Assembly (NCBI GenBank): GCA_026770705.1
Contig: JANJGN010000011.1
Span: 20,956,001-21,020,000 of the forward strand
Reading direction: 5' to 3'
Length of the DNA: 64,000 nt
Source of the DNA: Isurus oxyrinchus
Taxonomy: Eukaryota
A model generated the notes under the pieces. The model did not search any database. It was not told the origin of the DNA and saw only the letters and a program-made list of their open reading frames with translations. Of this stretch, positions 11,330 to 22,529 are shown in pieces (position 1 is the stretch's first letter; each line of letters opens with the position of its first letter). Both the position numbers and the translations under genes were made by a program.

Positions 11330-13570
11330 GAGGGAGAAAGAGAAACCAGGAAACTACTGGCCAATTTAATGTCTGTTGCAGTGGGGATATTAGTGGAATC
11401 GACCATCAAGAACAGAATGACTGAGCATTTGAACAAATATGAGTTGATCAAGAGTCAGTATAGATTTGTTCATGGCTGACTTCCAAAATCTATCTTTTGA
11501 GGAGGTACTTCCATGGTGGACAGAAGTCTCTTTGGGTGTTATCCCTATGGACTTCTAGGAGGCATTTGATAATGTTCTGCACAAGAGGTTATCAGCAAAA
11601 TTGGCAGCGCATGCAATTGAGATTACCTTGTGACATGGATTGGGATGCAGGAGACAGAATAAGGGGAATGTAATCTGATTGTCTGGATGTGACAAGTGAT
11701 ATACCTCAGAATTCTGTACCCAAGCATCAGCTTTTCACCATGAAGGAAGAGAGCTGTATATACACTGTTAGGAGGCACAGTAATGGGGCAGGAATTTACA
11801 TAGGAATATAGACAGATTAAGTGAGTGGGCAAAACTGTTGCAGATAATGTTCAACATGGAAAAGTATGATATCATTCATTTTGGATCGAAAAAAGACAAA
11901 ATCAGAATATTTGTTAATGGTGGGAGACTAGAAGACCAAAGGGAACCATTAAAAGCTAGTTCACAGGTGCAAGAGTATTGAAAAGGCTAATGGAATGTTG
12001 GCCTTCATCTCAAGTTGATTAAAATACAAAAAGGTAGGAAGCTATGCTTCAATTTTACAAGAGTTTTGTTTGGACTCCATCTGGAATATTGCATTCAGTT
12101 TTGGGCACTGCACCTCAAGAAAGAAACATTGGTATTGGAGGGGTACAGCACATGTTCACCAATATACCCAGGCATAAAGGGCTAAAATTGTGAGGACAGG
12201 TTGCACAAACTTGGCTTGCATTCCCTTGACTTTAGAAGGTTGAGGAGTGATCAAAGTGCTTAAAATGATAAAGGGATTTGATAGATTAGATACAGAAAAG
12301 CTGCTTCCTCTGATGGGGGAACAATCTTGAACCCTGAAAAGTGTGAGCTGATACACTTTGGTAATTTGACAAGGAAGTATTTAATGAACGGCATGACACT
12401 AGGAAATTCTGAGGAACAAAGGGACTTTGGAGTGTGTCCAAAGATCTCTGAAGGTGGAGGGGCATGTTAGTGGGGTGGTGAAAAAGGCATATGGGATACT
12501 TGCCTTTATCAATTGAGGCATAGATTACAAAAGTAGAGAGGTCTTTCTGGAGTTGTATAGAACCTTGATGAGGCCACAGCTGGAGTAGTGTGTGCAGTTC
12601 TGGTCACCACATTATAGGAAGGATGTGATTGCACTGGAGGGGGTGTAGAGAAGATTCACTAGGATGTTGCCTGGGATGAAACATTTAAGTTATGAAGAGA
12701 GGTTGGATAGACTTGGGCTGTTTTCGTTGGAGCAGAGAAGACTGAGGGGCGACCTGATCAAGATGTACAAGATTATGAGGGGCATGGACAGGGGGGATAG
12801 GGAGCAACTGTTCCCCTTAGTTGAAGGGTCAGTCATGAGGGGATATAAATTCAAGGTGAGGGGCAGGAGGTTTAGGGAGGCCGTGAGGGAAAACTTGTTT
12901 TAACCTAGAGGGTGGTGACAGTCTGGAATGCGCTGCCTGGTGGAGGTGGGTTGCCTCACATCCTTTAAAAAGTACTTGGATGAGCACTTGGCACATCATA
13001 ACATTCAAGGCTATGGGCCAAGTGCTGGTAAATGGGATTAGGTAGATAGGTCAGGTGTTTCTCATGTGTCAGTGCAGACTTGATGGGCTGAAGGACCTCT
13101 TCTGCACAGAGAGATTCGGTGAATCTTAAAATTAGTGCTCAGCCATTTTGGAATGAAATCAGGGAGCACTTTTTCCACATAAGAGTAGGTAGTGGAAATT
13201 AGAAATTTTGCCCCCTCATCCCAAAAGCAATTTTTTTCCACTTAGCTGTGAGTGCGCATGCCCATGGAGCAGCAAACACCATGCAGGACTTGTTCCGTGC
13301 TAAGTATCGGTTCAGCAGATAAAGTTACAGGTACAGTGCATTGACAGAAAACCGGCTGTGCACAACAAAATTTTGCAGGCAACATTGCCCAAAGGAATGT
13401 GCATGCAGGTGAACTCAAGACTGAACTGGTATTGATAATCTTTGTTAGGTTCCGGTGTCAAAGAATATGATCAAAGGTGGGAAAATTGAATTGAGGAATA
13501 GTTCATCCATGATCTAATTAAATGGTGGAACCAGCTCAAGGAGCCGAGTTGCCTATCCCTGATCGTACTT
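11330..13570 (+). mobile_element. Old CR1 LINE with younger nested CR1 (about 12330-13120)
   Basis: ORF 12664-12903 [25 protein letters not shown] is the CR1 ORF2 C-terminus. aatctt(g/a)aa occurs at both ends of the nested copy. Confidence 0.8.
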
Positions 13571-13689
13571 TAGTATGTTGTGCACTGTCCATACAGATAC
13601 CATGTTCCCTTTGTTAATTTCCACATTTAAACTAGAAGATTCTGCTTTTTGTGGATGTTATGTTTTGTGACAGTTATCAACAGATAATA

Positions 13690-14055
13690 GCAAGAAATAA
13701 CAGGAGTAGGCTATTCAGCCCTGAGCCCACTTGGCCATTCAATGAGATCATGGCTGATCTGCTACTTCAACAGCATTTTCCTGCACTATCCCCATATCCC
13801 TTTATCTTCTTATTATGTAGAAATCTATCAATATCAGTCTTGACCATACGCAACAGCTGAGCCTCCACAGCCCTCGTGGCAGAGAATTCCAAAGATTCAC
13901 CACCCTCTGAGTGAAGAAATTCCTCCTCATCTCAGTCCTAATTGACCTGTCCCTTATTCTGAGACTGGTTCCAGACACCCCAGCCAGGGGAAGCACCCTT
14001 ACTGTATCTACCCTGTTGAGCACTGTTAGAATTTTATATGTTTGAATGAGATCAC
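13690..14055 (-). mobile_element. CR1 3' fragment
   Basis: DLIQTYKIL...MRRNFFTQRVVNLWNSLP. Confidence 0.8.
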
Positions 14056-15239
14056 TCGTGAAATCATTAAATGTGTTCAAGCTAAAAAGATCGGTAGCAG
14101 TTTTTTTTTACAAAAACCTAATACAATGTACACTCGAGTAACTATGTATTAAATGAGCCAACTTCTCCCCAGGCTTTCATTACCAGTGCCATCTACTGGG
14201 AGAGCTGTGTAATGGGCAGCTAATCCCATACTGCCTACTTGACACTTTCACCCAAAAACAAAATTACCATGTTGCATTCTTTGTATCCCTGTCAAAAAGA
14301 TGAAAATTATCAATGAACATTAATATACCAGTTAACTATTTAAAAGGATTGATCATGGGTAGATATCTGCAAGGTAATTTTGCCATCACTTGCAGGTATT
14401 TCAGGAGAGATCCAGGAGGCACAATATGATGTTTTTTTATTTTTAGTTTCGAAAATAACCTTCAATTTCAGGTCCCCCCTGTGGAATAGTCAGCTTTCCT
14501 TTCAGGCACCCATGTAGAGCGGGCACACTGGCTTGGGCAATGTTTGCTGCTTCAACAAATCTTTCCAACAGTAAACGATTATCTCTTGCCATTACAGAAA
14601 GACTAAATGTATGCAGAGACTTAATTATTCATTCAAGTTTGCTTATATTTTGGAAAATATTAGTTGATATATACAGATTTGCTTCTTACTGCTTTTGGCA
14701 AAGATAATGGAGGAGCAATGGAAAAGTCCCCAATGACCATAATTAATGGTTTAAGTCAGTTACTCCATAATTTCCTTTCTCCTGCACGGTTCACGAGTCC
14801 CTACGCTACTGGTGAGAGTCCCCAGGAAAATCCGAGCCACAGTTTTTGGTATCATTTATTCCGAAAAGGTCAGGATTAGTTCAAAGTTGCAATGGTAAAA
14901 ATTTCCAGAGGAGCTGTGCCATAGATTATGAGTCTCACATTGTGAGGTTAACTGTGCCTAATAATACATGTTGAGGAAGAGTGCAATGTTTTTCAGTGGG
15001 AGGACAGAGTTAGAACTCAAAAGCTAAAAAGAGAAGATAGTCTAAAACTGTTATTTATAGCTTATTTATAGAATACTGGAACTAAATGTCACGACTTAGG
15101 CTATACTATAAATATAACCGTTTTGGTCGCTAACAGAGTGCTGTCATTAACCTTGGGCACCCCGGTGGTCTTGAATCCTAATACAAAATGTTTTCTCCTC
15201 CATTTCAAAACTAATTTCCCATATTATCACCAGATTATT

Positions 15240-15610
15240 TCCGAAATTATTCAAGTACATAAATAATTGATATATATATATCCCTCACCATCCTAATTAC
15301 ACAAAGAAATCTGTGCTCCTTATCCATCCTAACAAATAATAAATCTTTTGACATCATCTGTTCTTGGCTGCAAGTAAATCTGCGCTCCTTGGTAATTTTG
15401 GTTATACAAATAATTACTCAATCCCATATTCATCCATTACATAAATAATTTGTTCTCCATCTTAGTTACATAACTAATCTGTGAAGCTTCACCCGTTACA
15501 GAACAGATGCCTCCTCATTCATTCTAGTTACATAAATTAAACTATGTCACCTTTTCACCATCCTGTAACCATTATTAAATTAAACAAATCTGTGATTCAA
15601 AAATAAATAA
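15240..15610. repeat. Degenerate ~35-bp minisatellite
   Basis: Recurrent aaatctgtg / tcaccatcct / agttacataaat motifs about every 35 bp. Confidence 0.5.
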
Positions 15611-16045
15611 ATCAATTGGTATTCCTCAGAACTCTTTCTCTTGTTGCTGCATTATCCAGAGTCAGAGGTCACATGATGCCCCTCCTTTTTCTTTGGCCTA
15701 ATTGAGCATTGTCTCTCATTGGCATTCCTTTGTGCCTCTTTTGAAGTTAACCCTTACAGTTTGTGACTGCACAACTTGGAATTAGTGAAGATGAGAGCAA
15801 TTGTCAGTTGAGCATGAGTGGGTGTGGTGGTAGCAGATTGGAGGGGTGAGAGATGATGTTGTAGAAACGTTCCTTGATGATTTGTTGATGCACAGGTCTG
15901 GCAACTGGGAGCATTGTTGCCTGATGCACTTCCTGGTCATGGGTAAGAGTTGATCCCTTAGGAAGATGAAGTTGTGGAGAATGCAGCAGCCAACACCAAT
16001 TCTGGATGCCCTCTTGGAGTTATACTGAAGCACCTCTTCCAATCT

Positions 16046-16208
16046 AATATAATAAAGGCAAAATACTGTGGATGCTGGAAATCTGAAACAAAAAACATAA
16101 AAAAACCATCTTCACATCTGAGGAAGAGTCATACGGATTCAAAACGTTATCTCTGTCTCTCTCTCCACAGATGCTGTCAGATCTGAGTTTTTCCAGCATT
16201 TTTTGTTT
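16046..16208. mobile_element. Short Penelope-like inverted-end insertion with ~15-bp TSD
   Basis: TSD cacctcttc(c/a)(a/g)atct at 16031-16045 and 16209-16223. Inverted ends gatgctggaaa / tttccagcat. Decayed hammerhead ctgaggaagagtcatacggattcaaaacgtta. Confidence 0.7.
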
Positions 16209-16514
16209 CACCTCTTCAGATCTGTTTAGGTGGCGAAATCTGCTTCAGAGCCCCGATGGTCTTGCTCAATCAGAGCTCAGGTTGAATCTTGGCTTGGTTT
16301 GTAGCCCTCTTGATTGTCATGAGCCAGGTGGTCAGCCCTTCTTCCCAAGCCAGCCTGACACCCAATGGTCTGGGCCTAAAATAAGGTAAAATCGAAGTTT
16401 AGTGCAGGATAAAAGCATTGCTGAAAAGAGAGGCATGCTGCCAAAGCTCTTCATCTTGCACACATCAGGACAAATGTAAGAGTGCCATATTTCAAATGTT
16501 CACAATGTATCCTG

Positions 16515-16864
16515 CAAGTCGAGGATCCTTTATCCGTAAATCTGAGATCCGAACACATCCAAAAAGTGTACTTCTTTGAACCTCATCAACCTTTAGCACG
16601 GGAAGTCCAGTTGTTTGTCTTCACTATTTACCTTGCGATTTTTTTGTGGTGAACATGTTAAAAAGAAGCTTATTACTGGTACCCTGTATTTATTATTCAG
16701 TGATACATCTTACTTTTCTAGCCACTTTATTTACTTTAGACTATAGCTTGCCTAGGCTTGGACTATTGTAGTTTAAAAAGACCTAGGCCTATGTGTGGTA
16801 TCCGAAAACGGAAATCCGAAACGGAATCGGCCCCGAGGGTTTCGGATAAAGGATATTCGACCTG
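16515..16864. mobile_element. Tigger/pogo-type MITE (MER46/Tigger4-like TIRs)
   Basis: Left caagtcgaggatcctttatccg and right cggataaaggatattcgacctg are imperfect TIRs. TA follows the right end; TG precedes the left end. Confidence 0.75.
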
Positions 16865-18097
16865 TACAGGAGAAAGGGATGCAGATTGTCTCTCTTTTTA
16901 GTAATATTTAAGTTCTGTACTACCAAGTGACTGTTTGTACACTCAAGACAAAGGCATTATTGCAACCAGCAAGAAACTGAGTACAGACCTGCTGCCAGTG
17001 GTTCCATATTAGCTCAACATTCAGAGGAAGTCTTTTCTATTAATGAATATTCCAGGGTCTTCATTTAGAGCTTTGTGAATAGATTTGATGAATCCTAGGA
17101 CCTGTGGGAAGCCAGTAATTTGGGTAAAGACCAGAGCATTCTCCTCTTTTTTGGCAGCATCCATAGAAAAAGGTGATGAATGGTTCCATCTGTCAGAGTG
17201 CATTAGTCACTTACCTTATCAACAGCGCACAGTAACTTGACATATTGGTAAGGTCACCTGTTACAACCAAGAATGACCCTGAGGCATAGCCATTGATGAC
17301 TGATACTGTCACAGTAATGCTGAGCATGCCAGGCTGCTGGGCTGCAGTTACTGCACAACACATGACATAGCTCAGTCACAGCCTTCCTGCTAAAGAAGTG
17401 GATGCATTGCTTCTCACTGAAGTTGAGATACAATGTTATAGAGAACCCATGTGGTGCAAGGTCTTTATGGCACAACTTATTCAATTTCATCCTCCTGTGC
17501 AACAAGTTCCAGGCCTCTGCTTGCTTCTCCAGCCCTGATGGCAAACCTGCAGCACACCCATTTTTCATCAATAAAGAACTCAAGAATCTTGCATAGTGCC
17601 AAAGCTCTTGAAAGTCACATTCCACAAGTTTTTCAAACAGCCGTCTCCACCAAACTAGTTACTCAACTGCTCCCTCTACTTTGTTGCTAAAAGGTCCTTT
17701 AATTGTGCTTTTTTCTTTTACACAAGATTTTCTGAAATAACATTACAAACTATGTTTGAACACAGCTTCAAAGGTTGATGTTTAATTGATCTATATATAG
17801 TTTCCAAGATAACTTATTTAACTGAAAAAGTTATAGATGAAAATGTGATAATACTTACATTTCTAGGTGTGTTGGATTTTAGCAATATTTTACAAACCTA
17901 CCTGTGAGTATGTGATCACCTAAAAAAAAGTGGTGGGTGTTGGTGCACCGTGGGGGCAAGCCATCTACTTTCTGTGAAGCTTCACAGCAGGGAGAAGGTA
18001 ACCAGAGGGAAAATACACTTAAAGAGTTGGGTGTGAACATACTTGTTTTGCATTGAATATAAAACATATTACAACAAAAATAGTACTTTTTTGTTAG

Positions 18098-18178
18098 GTG
18101 AAAGAAATTGATGTCAGTGACTCCAGTCATGCAAAGGAATCAGAAGATGTGAACTCTCAAGATGAAGACCAGGAATGA
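18098..18178 (+). CDS. Sialomucin-like gene, terminal coding exon
   Basis: tacttttttgttag|GTGAAAGAA...GAATGA, phase 0, VKEIDVSDSSHAKESEDVNSQDEDQE*. Same acidic composition as the preceding exons. Confidence 0.7.
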   Translation: MKEIDVSDSSHAKESEDVNSQDEDQE

Positions 18179-18486
18179 ATGGATTCTTCACCAATGCCTC
18201 AAATTTAATAGTGTTCTCTCGGATACACAACAGCAGTTTGTGTTAATGTAGTGCCAGTGCTCTGCTTGCTGACGAACAACCGATAAGCATCATTCACAAA
18301 ATCATGTTTGCTAAATGTGTCCTATATCCTCTCTGTAATCTTAACCATTCTAACTTTTAATGAAACAGTAATCTATCTTTTCTCCTTTTATAACTTTACT
18401 GTTACAGATGAGCTTAAAAAAATTGCACTATTTTTATAATACCATAGAAAGAACCTCGACATGACTGTTCATTCCTTGCTTGGTTG

Positions 18487-18492
18487 AATAAA
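18487..18492 (+). terminator. Polyadenylation signal of the sialomucin-like gene
   Basis: AATAAA ~310 nt after the stop codon, followed by T-rich sequence. Confidence 0.55.
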
Positions 18493-20779
18493 GTGTGCTG
18501 TTAAACAACTTTATTCATGCTTTCAATTAAGAAGTTAGATATAATAAATTTATATTCTTGGTCCATGATTAGAAATGTCTCAGGATTGTATTTCTTACAG
18601 AATGACATGATAAATATTCCAGTTGTTGGTGGGAGAGCCATGAACAATATTTTCCATTCATCTCTCTCAACCAGTGTCTTCCTTGAAGCCCATTCTCAGG
18701 AACAGCCCAATATACTGTACTACAAAGACTTAGGTGCTCTTGCACCTCTAATTATCCACAGGGTGAGATGTGGAGGTCAGGCACTCCTACATTGAAAAGA
18801 ATGGGGAGGGGAAAACAGGAGACAGACATGACTTGACAGTGCCATTTATTAATAATTGGACCAAGTTTTATTAGTGTACTTTCACCTGCTTTGTAGTTCC
18901 CCTGATATCATTGATTGCTTCTAATCATTTGATAGTAAAACCCCTCACTTTAGTGTTTCAATCCACCGTTGCAAACATTGGAAAAGCTTATGAGGTCACA
19001 TGCAACAAATACAACATTCAGTTCAGAACATAAGGATGTCCTATTACATTCTGGCATTGCACTCTCATACAGTTAGATATTTGGCCAGTTTGGGCACATT
19101 CATAAATGTAAGACACTCAATCCAAATGGCAGTGACCAGCCTGTCTATACCTGTGAGAAAGCTAAAGGAGATCCTAAATTTTTAAATAGGTACACTGAGA
19201 ACACCATCGTGCAGGTCTGTCCCATTGGTGGACATGCCTTCAGCAACTCTTTCTAAACCTCTCTTGCATTTCCCGCTCCTCCTCTGCTTAAAACCCACTT
19301 CTTTCACCAAGCTTTTAGTCACTCTCCTACTACCTTCACTCTTGGTTCAGTCTTATGTCTCTGTAAAGTGGTTCAGTATTACAGGTATTATATTAATGCA
19401 AGTAGTTGCTGCAGACAAAATAATTTCAACATTGTGGTCCTTCCTTTAAAGTAGGAAGAATAAAGGAAAATATTCCTGCAAAAGCTGACTGATACCTAGA
19501 TGACAGGATGAGCTGGATGTTTAAAAATGTCTTATTTGTTCTTAACTTCTTATAGTCGGAATAGGATTGCCAGCTGGCTGTTTTTCCACTAGCCCTGCAG
19601 GGTTTTGAAATTACACTGGCTACCAATTGTGTGTTGAGTGAACTGAGTTCAGTAGGGGGTAGCAGCTGGATTACAATAATAGGTTTTACTATCTTAGTTG
19701 GGTTGAGGGGGGGGGGGGGGGGGTAACGGTTTTGGAACTGACTGCAGTTCTTTTTACGAATACTGCTGGAGGCGCACATTGGTGAGCTCTGACTGTGAAC
19801 ATCAGCAAACTTTACCATCACAGAGACATTACAGTTGAACAGGAGGAAAGGCTCATGCTCATTTGAGACTTATAAGTTTGCAGATAGTCAGTCTGGTAAG
19901 GCTGCCAAAAGTGGTCACTTTGATTACACATTGGAGGATGTTTGGTGCCTGTGGTGAATTTTGTTGAATTTAGTATTTATGCCAGCAAGGAGTCAATGCC
20001 TCAGTAAAAGAGAGAGAAGAAAAAAATTCTACCTAGTTTAGTCATATTCCCCATCAAGCATTCCTTTTTGATGTGGGGCAGATGGTTACTTGTTCCCAAG
20101 ACTTTTTAATTTGACGATGACAAGGAGCTACCTGACAGCAGTGATGACTGGTTTTCCTTTGCTGGGAGGAGGAGAAAGTTAGACAGAAGATGCCATTTTA
20201 ATATTTCAAGAAGGGAATATTTGGCTACTATACACTTACTGTTGCAGACAGCCAGTTAGAGACTGAGAAAAAAACTTGCTGGGGTCAGAGCATGAACATC
20301 AGCTGAGACTGGAATTTGAAGCCAAGTCCTCCAACGCTAAATTACTTGACCTATTTATATTTACTAATTCACATTGAATGTATTGTTAACAGCTTCCTTC
20401 AGTAAAGTGAAAAGTAATAAAGTTACCAACATAATCTTATAATCCACATTCTTTAGTCATTCCAAAGTATTACATTAAATACAGAATAGGTTGCAATTGC
20501 AATTTTTAAAACGTTAACCATGTTTTGAGTGGTCAACAACCATTAAGAGAGATTCACTCTCAAGATACTTTAATTAGCTTATTAATGGCTTTGATTAATT
20601 TTGTTCTATGAGCCTCAATACCTTAGCAAGCTAATTGCCTGATGACCTTACATAGCATTCAAATTAAAACACCAAAATTCAACAAAATTCACCAAAAAGA
20701 AAGGATTATGAAGATAATCATGATTCTAAAAGGTTTAATGTTGAAACTCTCAAAGTGCACATTGGTCTGAATTAACATA

Positions 20780-21260
20780 TGTCAAAAGGGAGTAATTACA
20801 GGCCAATCCGCTGAACCTGGAGAAGTGGGAAAGTTTTTGGAAAAAAATGCATAATTTAGAAAAGCATGGATTAATTAAAGGGAGATTGTGTCTGATTAAT
20901 TGAGGATTCTAGAACACAGGGACAAGTCGAAGGATAAGGGGTCAATCATTTAGGGCTAGGGCAAGGAGAAATTTCTTCACTCTTAGGTCTGTGTATCTTT
21001 GGAATTCTCTACCCCAGACACTTGTGAATGCTCTATCATTGAATATATTTAAGGCTGTGATAATTTTTGGAGTCAGGTGATCAAGAAATATGGAGAGTGG
21101 CCCAGAAAGTGGAGTTAAGGCTGATGATCAGCTATGATAATATTGAATGGCGGAGCAGGCTTGAGGGGCCATATGGTCTAGTTCTATTTGTTAGGTTATG
21201 TAACTTGATTGAATTTTTTGAGGTGGCAACAAGGAGGGTTGATGAACGTAGTGCATTTCC
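20780..21260 (+). mobile_element. CR1 fragments
   Basis: aaatttcttcactc..tggaattctctaccccag and ttgattgaattttttgaggtgg CR1 motifs. Confidence 0.6.
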
Positions 21261-21964
21261 AATTCCCTTTTGAAAACCACAATTGAATCTACTTTATGCT
21301 GAAGCTTCTCCTACTTCTCACTCCCTCACCATCACACTGCTGATTATCAAGTTACTCTCACAATCTGGAAGCATACATGACATTTCCAGACAATATTAAA
21401 GCCACATCTCTGGGATCAAGATTTTGGCCAGTTCTGCCCAACAAGGTCACTTTGACACAGAATACAAAGTAGAGGAAATTACCAGGGTGTTGTGCGAGGT
21501 AACCAACTCTTTCTGAACAAATACTCCACTGACTAATACTTAACAGTTATGTCTAAAGCTCACACAACTCCCTCCATCAACTAACCAGTCAGTGCACTTT
21601 CAAGGTAAGTGTTAGGGGAGCTTACTCAACATTATATTGAAAATGTAATTAGATAGAGGCTGGGGACAGTCCAGGTACTTCACACAGTGCAGCTTGACAG
21701 ATTAGACTGCTCTGACTCTCACTGCAAGCAGTGACATTTCATGTCTATGGCTTTTCATCAAAGCTGGGAATATAATTATTGCTGACGCCACTGCTCATTA
21801 TAAAACCTTTTACTCCTATAAATATGGTGATAAATAAAAAGAAGCACTTCCCTTCACAGGGAATAAGCAGGTCACCTTGAAACTCTCCAATCCCAGAGCA
21901 GACCAAATACCAAAACTCTCTCTCACATGGCCAGCAGATTTAGTCTGCATGTTTGTACCAAACT

Positions 21965-22505
21965 GAGGAGCAAAGGAACAGGAGTGTAGGTCATTTAAAT
22001 GCTCAAGCCTGATGTACCATTCAATGAAAACATGGCTGATTGCAACACAATTCTATATAGCTGTTGCCCCGTATCCCAAATCTATCAATCTCAGATTTAA
22101 AATGAACTGTTCCAGCATCTAGCACCCTTGGCATTTATAAGTGTTTCCTAATTTAACTCCTAAAGGGTTTAAAGTTTATACAACATATCCTAGTCCTAGA
22201 CCCCCCAACCAACGTATATAGTTTCTCCCAATATACCTTATTGTTCCCCTTAATAAGAACATAAGAACACAGGAAATAGGAGCAGGAGTAGACCACACAG
22301 CTTATTGAGCCTGCTCCGTCATTCAATGCGATCATGGATGATCTTGGGCTTCAACTCCAATTTCCCACCCGTTGCTCATATCCCTTAATTCCCTGAGACC
22401 CCTAAAATCTGTCTATCCCAGCCTTGGAGCATCTACAGCCCTCTGCAGTAGGGAATTCCAAAGATTCATAACCCTTTGAATGAAGTCATTTCTCCTCAAT
22501 TTGGT
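21965..22505 (-). mobile_element. Two CR1 3' ends
   Basis: (ataagaac)n tail followed by aggagcaggagtagacc, the reverse complement of the CR1 3' UTR. Confidence 0.7.
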
Positions 22506-22529
22506 CTTATTGCGTAATGAAACAGGGTT

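Larger units (their letters stand above)
15860..17650 (-). pseudogene. Decayed PIF/Harbinger (HARBI1-like, DDE_Tnp_4) transposase, interrupted by later insertions
   Basis: Collinear frameshifted pieces on - strand: LYLNFSEKQC..SRKAVTELCHVL; FTQITGFPQVLGFIKSIH..FINRKDF; GWLG..TWLMT; TIGALKQ-FRHLNRS; LQYNSKRASRIGVGCCILHNF. These follow the Harbinger motif order (GFP-V-GAID, NRKG, GD-GY-WL-TP, IE-G-LK-RFR, CC-LHN). Confidence 0.8.

Noticed and set aside
15860-17650. Domesticated HARBI1 gene
   Set aside because: Multiple stops, frameshifts, apparently lost catalytic Asp residues and TE insertions.
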